Source: Chitinophagales bacterium | GTDB lineage: Bacteria; Bacteroidota; Bacteroidia; Chitinophagales; JADJOU01 | DNA: 42,032 bases | NCBI GenBank assembly: GCA_044368545.1 | Contig: JBIPPG010000001.1 | Coordinates: forward strand, 1 to 42,032 | Direction: 5' to 3' | Shown here: positions 29,101 through 38,918 of the stretch, piece after piece | Position numbering within the stretch: the first letter of the stretch is position 1 | Layout: every line of letters begins with the position of its first letter | Notes under the pieces: model-generated | The model's input: only the letters and a program-made list of their open reading frames with translations | Databases searched by the model: none | What the model was told of the DNA's origin: nothing | Program-made: the position numbers and the translations under genes

Positions 29101-29599
29101 GGGCGAGGTCTGTTTTAGAAATTCTTTTTGTTTTTATTATTGGCATTTTGTTATAACCCGTTATACTGAGCATCCATTTTTCAAAAATTTTGTTTGAAGC
29201 TTTTCGGTTAACAATGCAACGGTTTAGCTTATTTATCAACGCATTATGATGAACGTATTTTTGTATAATTCTTTCATTTGGGTCATTGTTTTCACTCATA
29301 TAGTAGTTGTGTGTATTCAAAACTTTAATTATATATTCCGATTTTTGAATTGTAATTTTGTCGTTATATTTGTTTAAGTGTTGAAAATCAATGGAATCTT
29401 TTATATAAACAGGACTTGAGTACATACCATAAAGAAGAAAGGGATACATTTCCACTCCCTTAAAGGTAAAATATATTTGAAAAAAGATAAAGAGTATAAA
29501 AAAAGAAAACATCAATTTTGAGTGATAATAAGCTTGAATAAACCAATTAACAAACAACATATTTTTAAACAACAAAAACAACTTTTTTATAATTTTCAT
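29078..29599 (-). CDS. Membrane-anchored protein, uncharacterised (start uncertain: 29599, 29623 or TTG 29626)
   Basis: One or two N-terminal TM segments, then a soluble region of about 110 aa. The -7-like box at 29624-29631 favours the ATG at 29599. Confidence 0.35.
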   Translation of the reverse strand: MKIIKKLFLLFKNMLFVNWFIQAYYHSKLMFSFFILFIFFQIYFTFKGVEMYPFLLYGMYSSPVYIKDSIDFQHLNKYNDKITIQKSEYIIKVLNTHNYYMSENNDPNERIIQKYVHHNALINKLNRCIVNRKASNKIFEKWMLSITGYNKMPIIKTKRISKTDLAHESKSKK

Positions 29600-29623
29600 A
29601 GATTTTCCTAAAAATGTTACCAT

Positions 29624-29640
29624 CAAAAATAATAATTTTG
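29624..29640. promoter_or_regulatory. Back-to-back divergent candidate -7 boxes
   Basis: The plus strand reads caaaaata at 29624-29631 (minus strand TATTTTTG) and TAATTTTG at 29633-29640 (plus strand). Confidence 0.3.
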
Positions 29641-29808
29641 TGTAAATCGAAGCATTTCAAATATAAAAAAGAAGAGAAAAACCGAATGGAAAGGAGTTTC
29701 AATTATTTGTAGAATCAACTATAGAGAGTAAAGATCCTTTTTAAATTGACTCAAAAAAACACAATATTTTATAGTGCGGTTCGTTATCCTCTTTTTAAAA
29801 GCTATGTT

Positions 29809-30063
29809 ATGAAAAAACAAATATTAAGTGGATTTCTAATTCTAATTACTTTGGTATTGAACAGTCAAGATTTAAAAAAGATAATAAAAAAAAATTGCAA
29901 TCGAAACGTATCTGAAGTCTATCAAGTGAGACGAGATAGTGAAGCAATTAAAGAAGGCTTTATCAAAAATTCTATAAAACGACTGTATGAACATAAAAAA
30001 GCTTATAATTATAAGTGTGAAGAAAAAGCTATGACAGAGAAAGTAACTTTTCGATTGGAATAA
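29809..30063 (+). CDS. Small secreted Lys-rich protein (84 aa), hypothetical
   Basis: The internal ATG gives MKKQILSGFLILITLVLNSQ, a Bacteroidota-style signal peptide. The mature part has two Cys. There is no homology I can name, and the longer TTG-initiated form from 29746 is less convincing. Confidence 0.3.
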   Translation: MKKQILSGFLILITLVLNSQDLKKIIKKNCNRNVSEVYQVRRDSEAIKEGFIKNSIKRLYEHKKAYNYKCEEKAMTEKVTFRLE

Positions 30064-30119
30064 TTACGACCTTAAACGTTAAAAAAACATAAATATTATA
30101 GAAAGAACAACTTTAACAT

Positions 30120-30127
30120 TATTTTTG
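30120..30127 (+). promoter_or_regulatory. Candidate -7 box (TATTTTTG)
   Basis: Exact match 19 nt upstream of the ATG at 30146. Confidence 0.35.
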
Positions 30128-30145
30128 TAAAATAAAAACAAAAAT

Positions 30146-31519
30146 ATGCAAAGTGTTGAAGAGTTAAGTCTAGATTTTGAAAAACGTATCAAAAAAACGG
30201 CAGATGTTTTTGAGAAAATAAAATTGTATAAAGAATATAGAAATGCTATTTTTTTGAACAATCCTCAGAAAGCCTCGCAATTGGTGGAAATGGCATATCA
30301 GCTTGCTATAGAATCAAAAAATGACAAGGAAATAAACGACATTCTAAGCATGAAAGGTCTTACGTATGTGCAAGAGCAAAAATATGATCAAGCATTAACC
30401 AGTTTTGTTCAAGCAAAAAACTATTATTTTCAAAATAATCACAACAAAGAATATTGTAGGTCCTTGGGTAATATTGCCAACTTATTTTTTTATCTAGGAG
30501 CGTTTAACCAAGCGGTGAGCTTGTACAAGGAGCTATATACAAAATTGACCGAACCTAACGATGAAGAGCTGCGATACATTACGCTGAACAATTTGATTAT
30601 AATGTACCAAAATAATTTTGAATTTTATGAGAGTAGTGAAAGTCAAATTTTAAGTATTTTAAAAAATCTGGAGACTCAAGGAAAGCAAAAAACGCACCTT
30701 TATCATATTTGTTACTCAAATTTAGCAAACTGTTTTAGACTTAAAAAAGAATATCATAAGGCGATAGAAATTACAAACAAAGCGATATCTATGGCCAAAG
30801 AAAATGATTTGACTAGATTGGTTTATGAGTTTACTTGTCAGCTGGGTTCTATTTATTTAGAGATAAAGGATGAAGAAAAAATGCAATTATATTTGGAACG
30901 AGCCAAAGAAATTTCAAGATCGGTGGAAAACGCTAAGTTTGAAAATCCAGCTATTTATGAACAATTATATTTGGTTTATAAAAAAAGAGAGGATTATAAA
31001 AAATCACTTGAAAATTTGGAGCATTTTCAAAGACTTCAATTAGAGAAGACACAATCCATGATTAATATCAAGATTGCATTGGAAAAACTGGAATTGGGCA
31101 AAGACCTAGAGAAGCAATTTAATTTTGTAAAAGACCATTTAAAAAATAATTTCTTCAATATGGATCGTGTTATTTTTGAAGAAAATGTGCGTGGACAAAC
31201 GGTTAAAATTTATATTGATAACATTATCAATATTGTAGCGGCCAATAAATTTGTAAAAATAATATTATCAGATAACAAAAGTTTGATGATTAAAAAGTCT
31301 TTTAAAGAAATGATAGAGACGATAGAGGAACGATTTAAAAATAATCATCTTATGTTTGCCACGAGTATTCGAAAAGAAGTTGTGAACTTGTATTGGCTTT
31401 CAAAATTTGAAAAAAGCAGTAAGAAAATATATTTAAATGTAATTGGAGAAGAGTATCGTTTTGACGTAGCTCGAAGACAAATGCCAAGCTTAATCAAGTT
31501 TTTATCTGAAGTAGAATAA
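30146..31519 (+). CDS. Cytoplasmic TPR-repeat protein with a C-terminal LytTR-like DNA-binding domain
   Basis: No signal peptide or TM segment. About 300 aa of TPR-like helical repeats are present (e.g. YDQALTSFVQAKNYY, FNQAVSLYKELY, YHKAIEITNKAI). The C-terminal ~100 aa follow the LytTR pattern (VKIYIDNIINIVAANKFVKII..., VVNLYWLSKF, IYLNVIGEEYRFDVARRQ). Confidence 0.55.
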   Translation: MQSVEELSLDFEKRIKKTADVFEKIKLYKEYRNAIFLNNPQKASQLVEMAYQLAIESKNDKEINDILSMKGLTYVQEQKYDQALTSFVQAKNYYFQNNHNKEYCRSLGNIANLFFYLGAFNQAVSLYKELYTKLTEPNDEELRYITLNNLIIMYQNNFEFYESSESQILSILKNLETQGKQKTHLYHICYSNLANCFRLKKEYHKAIEITNKAISMAKENDLTRLVYEFTCQLGSIYLEIKDEEKMQLYLERAKEISRSVENAKFENPAIYEQLYLVYKKREDYKKSLENLEHFQRLQLEKTQSMINIKIALEKLELGKDLEKQFNFVKDHLKNNFFNMDRVIFEENVRGQTVKIYIDNIINIVAANKFVKIILSDNKSLMIKKSFKEMIETIEERFKNNHLMFATSIRKEVVNLYWLSKFEKSSKKIYLNVIGEEYRFDVARRQMPSLIKFLSEVE

Positions 31520-31854
31520 AAAGATACCACTCAGTCCTTATTTTTTGCCATTCGGTCTTTTTTAAGTTTTTTTATCTTAAAAAAACTTTTTCTTTGCACA
31601 AGAATGTAAAAAACTAGAGAAAATGGTGATGAATATGGAAAATCAAGAATGGGAAGTGAAAAAGAACCTTTTGTTTGAAGAAAAGGGCGAAATGAATTCG
31701 AGTTTGATAAAAAGGATAAAATCTTTTTATAGAAGAAGGCTTTTGAATAAAACAAAAATGTATTATAACAAAATTAAATCAATAATGGAAGAGCCTATGT
31801 TCCCATTTTAAATATTAAAAAACTATGAAAAATCAAAACTATGTTTTTATCAAT

Positions 31855-31887
31855 AAAAAAGCGCTCCCTAGGGAACGCTTTTTTTGT
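31855..31887 (-). terminator. Rho-independent terminator downstream of groEL (looks bidirectional)
   Basis: The stem is gcgctcc / ggaacgc (one mismatch), flanked by an A-run at 31855-31860 and a T-run at 31879-31885. Confidence 0.5.
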
Positions 31888-31907
31888 ATGTGTAAAAATG
31901 TAAAAGA

Positions 31908-33542
<1,635 letters not shown>

Positions 33543-33569
33543 TTAAAAATTTTTAAGGGGTTAATAAAA

Positions 33570-33839
33570 TTAAACAATTGCGAAAATATCGCTTTCTCTC
33601 ATCATTAAGTAGTCTTTTCCTTCTACTTGAATTTCAGTGCCGCTGTATTTTCCATACAAAATAGTGTCGCCAACGTTTACTGTCATAGGCTCGTCTTTTT
33701 TACCGGGCCCTACCGCAACTACAGTACCTCTTTGAGGCTTTTCTTTGGCTGCATCAGGAATAATAATGCCCGAAGCTGTTTTTTCTTCCGCGGGTGCTGC
33801 TTCTACTAGCACTCTGTCTGCTAATGGTTTTACGTTCAT
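33570..33839 (-). CDS. groES: Co-chaperonin GroES (Hsp10)
   Basis: 89 aa, [13 protein letters not shown]...GIIIPD...GTVVAVGPG, located directly upstream of groEL. Confidence 0.95.
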   Translation of the reverse strand: MNVKPLADRVLVEAAPAEEKTASGIIIPDAAKEKPQRGTVVAVGPGKKDEPMTVNVGDTILYGKYSGTEIQVEGKDYLMMRESDIFAIV

Positions 33840-33933
33840 ACTTATTTAAATTTTAAAAGTTAACAAATTATACTTTGAATAATATCATAATGTATGCCAA
33901 TCCAATCATACAGACATTTTGTCACATTTTGAA

Positions 33934-33941
33934 CAAAAATA
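33934..33941 (-). promoter_or_regulatory. Candidate -7 box (minus strand TATTTTTG) for groES-groEL
   Basis: The plus strand reads caaaaata, about 95 nt upstream of the groES ATG. Confidence 0.3.
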
Positions 33942-33981
33942 ATGACACGCAGACATTTTTAAGGTAAAAATTGCAGAAAAA

Positions 33982-36900
33982 TTATCGAATTAATGTTACA
34001 GAACCTTTGAAAACTAGGGTCCGATTATTTATAAGGGTTATTGTAGCAATATACACATAGTTGCCATTGGGTTGAGGTTCGTTCTTGTACGTTCCGTCCC
34101 ATTTATCATAGATATTATTGCTTTCAAATACTTTTTCACCCCAACGATTAAAGACTTGTAATTCAATACTTTTGGCACCATCTCCATTGAAACTAAAGAA
34201 ATCATTCTTAAAATCTCCATTTGGAGAAAAAACATTTGGAAATGCGATGGCACCTTCTTTTATGTAATCTACAAACAGGGTGTCGTATGCCTTACAACCA
34301 TTAAAATCGGTATATTTTACAAAAACTGTTTCAGGATTTATTATAGAAAAATATTGTGAAAAACAAGTATCACAAGAAAATAATCTAGCGGGGCTCCACT
34401 TTAAACCATTTTTATTGGAAGGGTTGGAAAGAATAGGAATTATTTCTATTTTGTCGTTGCCATATATGAGAGTGTCGTTGCCAATAAAGACCGAAGCTGC
34501 TTTATGAAATGAAACGAATGCGGTATCGGCTTCTACACAGCGATTATAGTCCATTAATTTTACAAAATGCATACCACTTTGTTTTGTAGTTAAGGTTTGA
34601 TTGGTTGTATTATTGCTCCAAGTATATAAGTAAAAGCCACTGCCGGGATTAAAAGTAACCGAATCGTTTTCACATAATGTGGTATCTCTCAATCTATTTT
34701 TAATAATGGAAGGACGCACGGTCAAGTTTAGCGTAACCACACTATCACAGCCTGCTACATTTTTTATGGTGTAGCTGTAGGCTCCCGATGTTGAATAGCC
34801 AAGATATTTTTGACCAAAACAAATGGTTTGGTTTGTAATGCCGTAAGTAGTTTTAATAACGCTCAACTTCAAATTGCTTATTTTTTCACAACCAATATTA
34901 TCGACAAATGTATCGATATAAGAACCGTCTGTCGTATGGCCTCTATAGCTTTTTCCTTGACAGATAGATATATTTTCAATAATATTTCTAGGAAGAACGG
35001 TTAACGTTAGCGTTCGGATACTATCACATCCATTTGAATTTATAAGCGTATCTTTGTAAATACCCGTATTTGTGTGCCCTAGATAGCTATCACCTTCACA
35101 GATGGTTTGGCTAAAAGAAAAAGAGGAAGGATTGTGGACCGTCAATGTTAAAACACGTATACTATCACATCCATTTTTATCTTTGAACGTATCGCGGTAA
35201 GTTCCTGATGCAAATCTATTTTCAAAGGTATCGCCTAAACAGATAGATTTGGTGTAAAAAATTTTATTTTTTGCTAATACGGTCAAATTTATAGTTCTAA
35301 TACTATCGCAGTTAACGGCATTCTTAAAGGTGTCAAGGTAGGTTCCGGTGGCATTATACCCTTCAAAATTTTCTCCAAAACAAATAGTTTTGTTAATAGT
35401 AGTAAAGGAACGATTGTTAACGGTAAGAAAAAGGGTTCTTATACTATCACAACCCATTGCATTTTGCCCCTTAAGTGTATCTATATATTTTCCCGAAGTA
35501 TTTCTACCCAAGAATGAAGTTCCTTCACAAATGGTTTGGTTAATGGTAGAAAAAGTACTTAAAAGTACCGTCAAATTTAGTGTTTGAAAGGAGTCGCACC
35601 CTTTTGCATTTACAAATGTGTCAGAATAGCTTCCCGATGTTTTTTGATGAATGCCATTATAGAGAAAAGAATCTCCTTGACAAATCGTTTGAGAAATTAT
35701 GCTAGAAGATTTTTGATTTACGGTAAGAATAAGCGTACGAATAGAATCGCATCCTTTTGCATTTACAAAAGTGTCAAAATAGCTTCCCGACGTTTTTTGA
35801 AAAATACCATTAAAAAGAAAAGAATCATCTTGACAAATAGATTGTGAAAACACACTAAATGTTTTTGGATTTACGGTCAAATTAAGTGTTCGTATGGAGT
35901 CGCAGCCTTTTGCGTTTACAAAAATTTCCTGATAAACGCCCGATGTTTTTTGAAATATTTTGTTAAAAAGAAAAGAATCTCCTTGGCAGATAGTCTGTGA
36001 AAAAGAACTAAACGTTTTTGGATTTACGGTCAAATTGAGTGTACGAATGGAGTCACATCCATTGATATTTGTAAAAGTATCTAAATATGTACCTGCTATT
36101 TTTTGTTGAATATCATTATATTTAAAGGAGTCTCCCTGACAAATCGTAACAGAAAAAGAACTAAATGTTTTAGGATTTACAGAAAGGGTAAGCGTAAGAA
36201 AAGAGTCGCAGCCTTTTACATTTGCTATTGTATCCAAATATGTTCCAGCAATTTTTCGTTGAATACCATTAAATAAGAATGAATCCCCTTGACAAATGGT
36301 TTGCGAAATAGTGCCAAAGGTTTTTGGATTTACGGTTAAATTGAAGCTAAGGAACGAGTCGCATCCATTAGTGTTAAGAATAGTATCTAAATAAGTACCC
36401 GAAATTTTTCTTTGAACGCCATTGAACAAGAATGAATCCCCTTGACAAATAGTATGAGAAAATGCGCCAAATGTTTTTGGATTTACGGTTAAGTTGAGTG
36501 TTCTAATAGAGTCACATCCTTTTGCATTGATAAATGTGTCTAAAAAAGAGCCTGAAGTTTTTCGATGAATGCCATTGTACAAAACAGAATCGCCTTGACA
36601 GATCGTTTGCGAAAAAGAACTAAAGGTCTTGGGATTTACCGTTAAGTTGAGGGTATGAATAGAGTCACAACCTTTTGCATTGACAAATGTGTCCAAAAAA
36701 GAGCCCGAAGTTTTTCTATGAATACCATTGTATAAAACAGAATCGCCTTCGCAAATGGTTTGAGAATTGGAACCAAACGTTTTTTGATTTACGGTTAAAT
36801 TAAGTGTAAGAAAAGAATCGCAACCTTTAACGTTTAATAGGGTATCTAAAAAAGAACCCGAAGTTTTTCGTTGAACGCCATTGAAAAGGATAGAATCGCC

Positions 36901-38448
36901 TTCACAAATTATTTGAGAAAATGAACCAAATGTTTTTGGATTTACGGTTAAGTTAAGTGTACGAATAGAGTCGCAGCCTTTAGCATTTCCATTTTTAAGT
37001 GTATCAACATAAGTGCCTGCAATTTTTCTTCCAAGAAACGAATCACCATCACATATTGTTTGATTTAGGATTGCAAATGTTTTAGAATTAACCGTTAAAT
37101 TAAGCGTTCGGATAGAGTCGCATCCTTTTGCATTTCCGTTTTTAAGTGTATCAATATAAGTACCTGCTGTTTTTCTTCCAAGAAAGGAATCCCCTTTGCA
37201 TATAGATTTATTAATAGTACTATTTGTAGGAGCAAATACATTATAAATAATTTCTTGAGAAGGTCTACACAAGTTGTTTGCAGGAGCTGGATTGGCTATA
37301 GCATATACAAAATAGGTTCCGGCTACATTGGGCAACGAACCCGAACTCCCCAATGCAGGAGGATTATATGATGCAACGCCGCCTGAAGGCGTTACGGTAG
37401 CCAAAGTAGTACCACCAATATACATATTAGAATCTAATTGCTGCGAATTGAACAAAACAAATTTTATTGCATTGGCATTTGTAGAATTGGTACTAACGTT
37501 TATAACAGGAGGGTCACTATTGAGGCATAAATTTTGTGTGGAACTAGGATTGGTAATACTTGTGCTAATGTTTAGCGCAAAGCTAACCGTTCTAGATTGT
37601 CCACAAAAATCGGTATAAGTACAAGTAATCGTTCCCGGCGTAGTGGCTACAAATGATGCAGAATCGGAGGTAGACGTATTTCCATTAGACCAAGAATAAT
37701 TAGTGCCCAATTTTGGAGCAAAGAGCCAAAAAGGCGTTCCGCTGCAATATATAGGATTGTTGTTTGAAGGGAAACGAACTTGTTGTTGATTTTTTGCCCC
37801 ACCTGTGCTGGCTGCCAAAGAATAAAAAACGGTCGATTGATTGTTGAATCGATTCAAAATGTGATTTTGGGTAGAAGTAGCTCTTAAAACATTATTAATA
37901 AATACACTAATTTTTTGACTAGTAGTACTAATAAATTGCCATTCTATTCTTACCGTATCCCATTGACCTGTTTCAAAATTTCTACAATTAGTAGCCATAC
38001 ATACAGAGCCACCACCGCCATCCATTATATTATTGGAAGAATTAAAAATTCCATCTGAATAAATTCCAATATGATCACTTGATAAATCATCATTCCAAAA
38101 ACCATTATCGTATGTATCAAAATCTACAATAATTGAATTGGGGGTGTTTTCTACTCCAAGTCCAGATCCTTGTGTCAAAGTAGGGTTACAACTTGTAGAA
38201 AGCATAAAAGCAATGCCATCGGCGCCATTATCGTCAATCCCCAAGTTGATTTCAAAATTTAAAGTAAAATTTTTTGTAAGATCAAGAGGATATTGATTTG
38301 TAATCATACCTGCAGCAGTAAAAACATCTGGAGTAAGTTGATATACCAAAGGACTTGTTTGAGAGGCAATACCTTTTAGTATAAATTGTTGACCAAAACA
38401 AGATATGGCTGCAAAATATAATAAAAAAGAAAGTACACGAGTATTCAT
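33982..38448 (-). CDS. Large surface protein: N-terminal L-type (legume-like) lectin domain, 17 two-cysteine tandem repeats, T9SS type-B C-terminal sorting domain
   Basis: Signal peptide and lectin-like motifs (GADGIAFML, IIVDFDTYDN...DHIGIY). The repeats follow CxGDS...G.Y.DT....GCDSIRTLNLTV. The C-terminus is FPNVFSPNGDFKNDFF...VFNRWGEKVFE...KWDGTYKN...YVYIATI. Confidence 0.8.
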   Translation of the reverse strand: MNTRVLSFLLYFAAISCFGQQFILKGIASQTSPLVYQLTPDVFTAAGMITNQYPLDLTKNFTLNFEINLGIDDNGADGIAFMLSTSCNPTLTQGSGLGVENTPNSIIVDFDTYDNGFWNDDLSSDHIGIYSDGIFNSSNNIMDGGGGSVCMATNCRNFETGQWDTVRIEWQFISTTSQKISVFINNVLRATSTQNHILNRFNNQSTVFYSLAASTGGAKNQQQVRFPSNNNPIYCSGTPFWLFAPKLGTNYSWSNGNTSTSDSASFVATTPGTITCTYTDFCGQSRTVSFALNISTSITNPSSTQNLCLNSDPPVINVSTNSTNANAIKFVLFNSQQLDSNMYIGGTTLATVTPSGGVASYNPPALGSSGSLPNVAGTYFVYAIANPAPANNLCRPSQEIIYNVFAPTNSTINKSICKGDSFLGRKTAGTYIDTLKNGNAKGCDSIRTLNLTVNSKTFAILNQTICDGDSFLGRKIAGTYVDTLKNGNAKGCDSIRTLNLTVNPKTFGSFSQIICEGDSILFNGVQRKTSGSFLDTLLNVKGCDSFLTLNLTVNQKTFGSNSQTICEGDSVLYNGIHRKTSGSFLDTFVNAKGCDSIHTLNLTVNPKTFSSFSQTICQGDSVLYNGIHRKTSGSFLDTFINAKGCDSIRTLNLTVNPKTFGAFSHTICQGDSFLFNGVQRKISGTYLDTILNTNGCDSFLSFNLTVNPKTFGTISQTICQGDSFLFNGIQRKIAGTYLDTIANVKGCDSFLTLTLSVNPKTFSSFSVTICQGDSFKYNDIQQKIAGTYLDTFTNINGCDSIRTLNLTVNPKTFSSFSQTICQGDSFLFNKIFQKTSGVYQEIFVNAKGCDSIRTLNLTVNPKTFSVFSQSICQDDSFLFNGIFQKTSGSYFDTFVNAKGCDSIRTLILTVNQKSSSIISQTICQGDSFLYNGIHQKTSGSYSDTFVNAKGCDSFQTLNLTVLLSTFSTINQTICEGTSFLGRNTSGKYIDTLKGQNAMGCDSIRTLFLTVNNRSFTTINKTICFGENFEGYNATGTYLDTFKNAVNCDSIRTINLTVLAKNKIFYTKSICLGDTFENRFASGTYRDTFKDKNGCDSIRVLTLTVHNPSSFSFSQTICEGDSYLGHTNTGIYKDTLINSNGCDSIRTLTLTVLPRNIIENISICQGKSYRGHTTDGSYIDTFVDNIGCEKISNLKLSVIKTTYGITNQTICFGQKYLGYSTSGAYSYTIKNVAGCDSVVTLNLTVRPSIIKNRLRDTTLCENDSVTFNPGSGFYLYTWSNNTTNQTLTTKQSGMHFVKLMDYNRCVEADTAFVSFHKAASVFIGNDTLIYGNDKIEIIPILSNPSNKNGLKWSPARLFSCDTCFSQYFSIINPETVFVKYTDFNGCKAYDTLFVDYIKEGAIAFPNVFSPNGDFKNDFFSFNGDGAKSIELQVFNRWGEKVFESNNIYDKWDGTYKNEPQPNGNYVYIATITLINNRTLVFKGSVTLIR
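34675..37200 (-). repeat. In-frame coding tandem repeat array: 17 units of 46-51 codons; units 3-11 (35530-36906) are nine 153-bp units in register
   Basis: The units were delimited by hand from the translation. The first Cys codon of unit 1 is at 37198-37200 and that of unit 3 is at 36904-36906. Units 4 and 5 share 45 of 51 residues. Confidence 0.85.
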
Positions 38449-38570
38449 GAAACCATTTTTTTAACAAAAAAAGTATTAATCCCTACTTGTTTGCCATCAA
38501 TTTTTATACCAAATTATCAGTTTTTGTGTTTTTTTAAACCGAATTGAACAAAATGAGCGTTTAATGGAAT

Positions 38571-38595
38571 AAAAAAAGCAGGGTCGAAACCCTGC
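38571..38595 (-). terminator. Rho-independent terminator ending the porin-MFS-small protein operon
   Basis: The stem is gcagggt / accctgc with a short loop. The A-run at 38571-38577 becomes the U-tract on the minus strand. Confidence 0.6.
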
Positions 38596-38674
38596 TTTGA
38601 ACTAACCAAAAAAATTAAAAGAGATGACAAGAAAATGGTTTCCTGCTCTTTAGATTTTAATTATTTGTGTGGAA

Positions 38675-38890
38675 TTAATCGTTGTATTCGCCTTGTAGAC
38701 AATACAAACCAAAGAATCCCAGTGCGCCCGCAATCATTGGACACAATACTACAGTATAAATTACGGCAGGAATTACATTCTCACCACCTTTTTCCCATAG
38801 TGTCATTGCTTGATTCACAATTAGATAATATACTGCATATATTCCTATGATTATCCAAACAACACCTAATATTTTTTTAATAGCATTCAT
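38675..38890 (-). CDS. Small 2-TM membrane protein (hypothetical), co-oriented with the MFS gene
   Basis: 71 aa with two clear hydrophobic helices. It lies 28 nt downstream of the MFS stop and is followed by a terminator. Confidence 0.45.
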   Translation of the reverse strand: MNAIKKILGVVWIIIGIYAVYYLIVNQAMTLWEKGGENVIPAVIYTVVLCPMIAGALGFFGLYCLQGEYND

Positions 38891-38918
38891 GATCTTTATA
38901 TTTTATTTTGTGAAAAAA

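Noticed and set aside
31564-31588. Perfect 10-bp inverted repeat aagttttttt / aaaaaaactt downstream of the LytTR gene
   Set aside because: The stem is almost entirely A:T, so it would be very weak. Such matches are expected in homopolymer-rich AT DNA, and it is not a convincing terminator.
31531-31811. Two small ORFs (74 aa on minus, 62 aa on plus) in the 386-nt gap between the LytTR gene and groEL
   Set aside because: There is no TAnnTTTG box in a suitable position, no signal peptide or recognisable motif, and the two overlap each other on opposite strands. I treat the region as non-coding until expression data say otherwise.
33840-33981. Search for a CIRCE/HrcA operator upstream of groES
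   Set aside because: No sequence resembling TTAGCACTC-N9-GAGTGCTAA is present on either strand.
34675-37200. Regularly spaced ~150-bp repeats that could superficially suggest a CRISPR-like or satellite array
   Set aside because: The repeats are contiguous with no unique spacers, stay in one open reading frame, and encode a conserved two-Cys protein module. No cas genes are nearby.
34280-37618. Plus-strand ORFs inside the lectin/repeat gene (e.g. 35348-35587, 35584-35847, 37328-37618)
   Set aside because: They are antisense to a long ORF that has a signal peptide, recognisable domains and a T9SS CTD. The repeated antisense frames simply mirror the tandem repeat.
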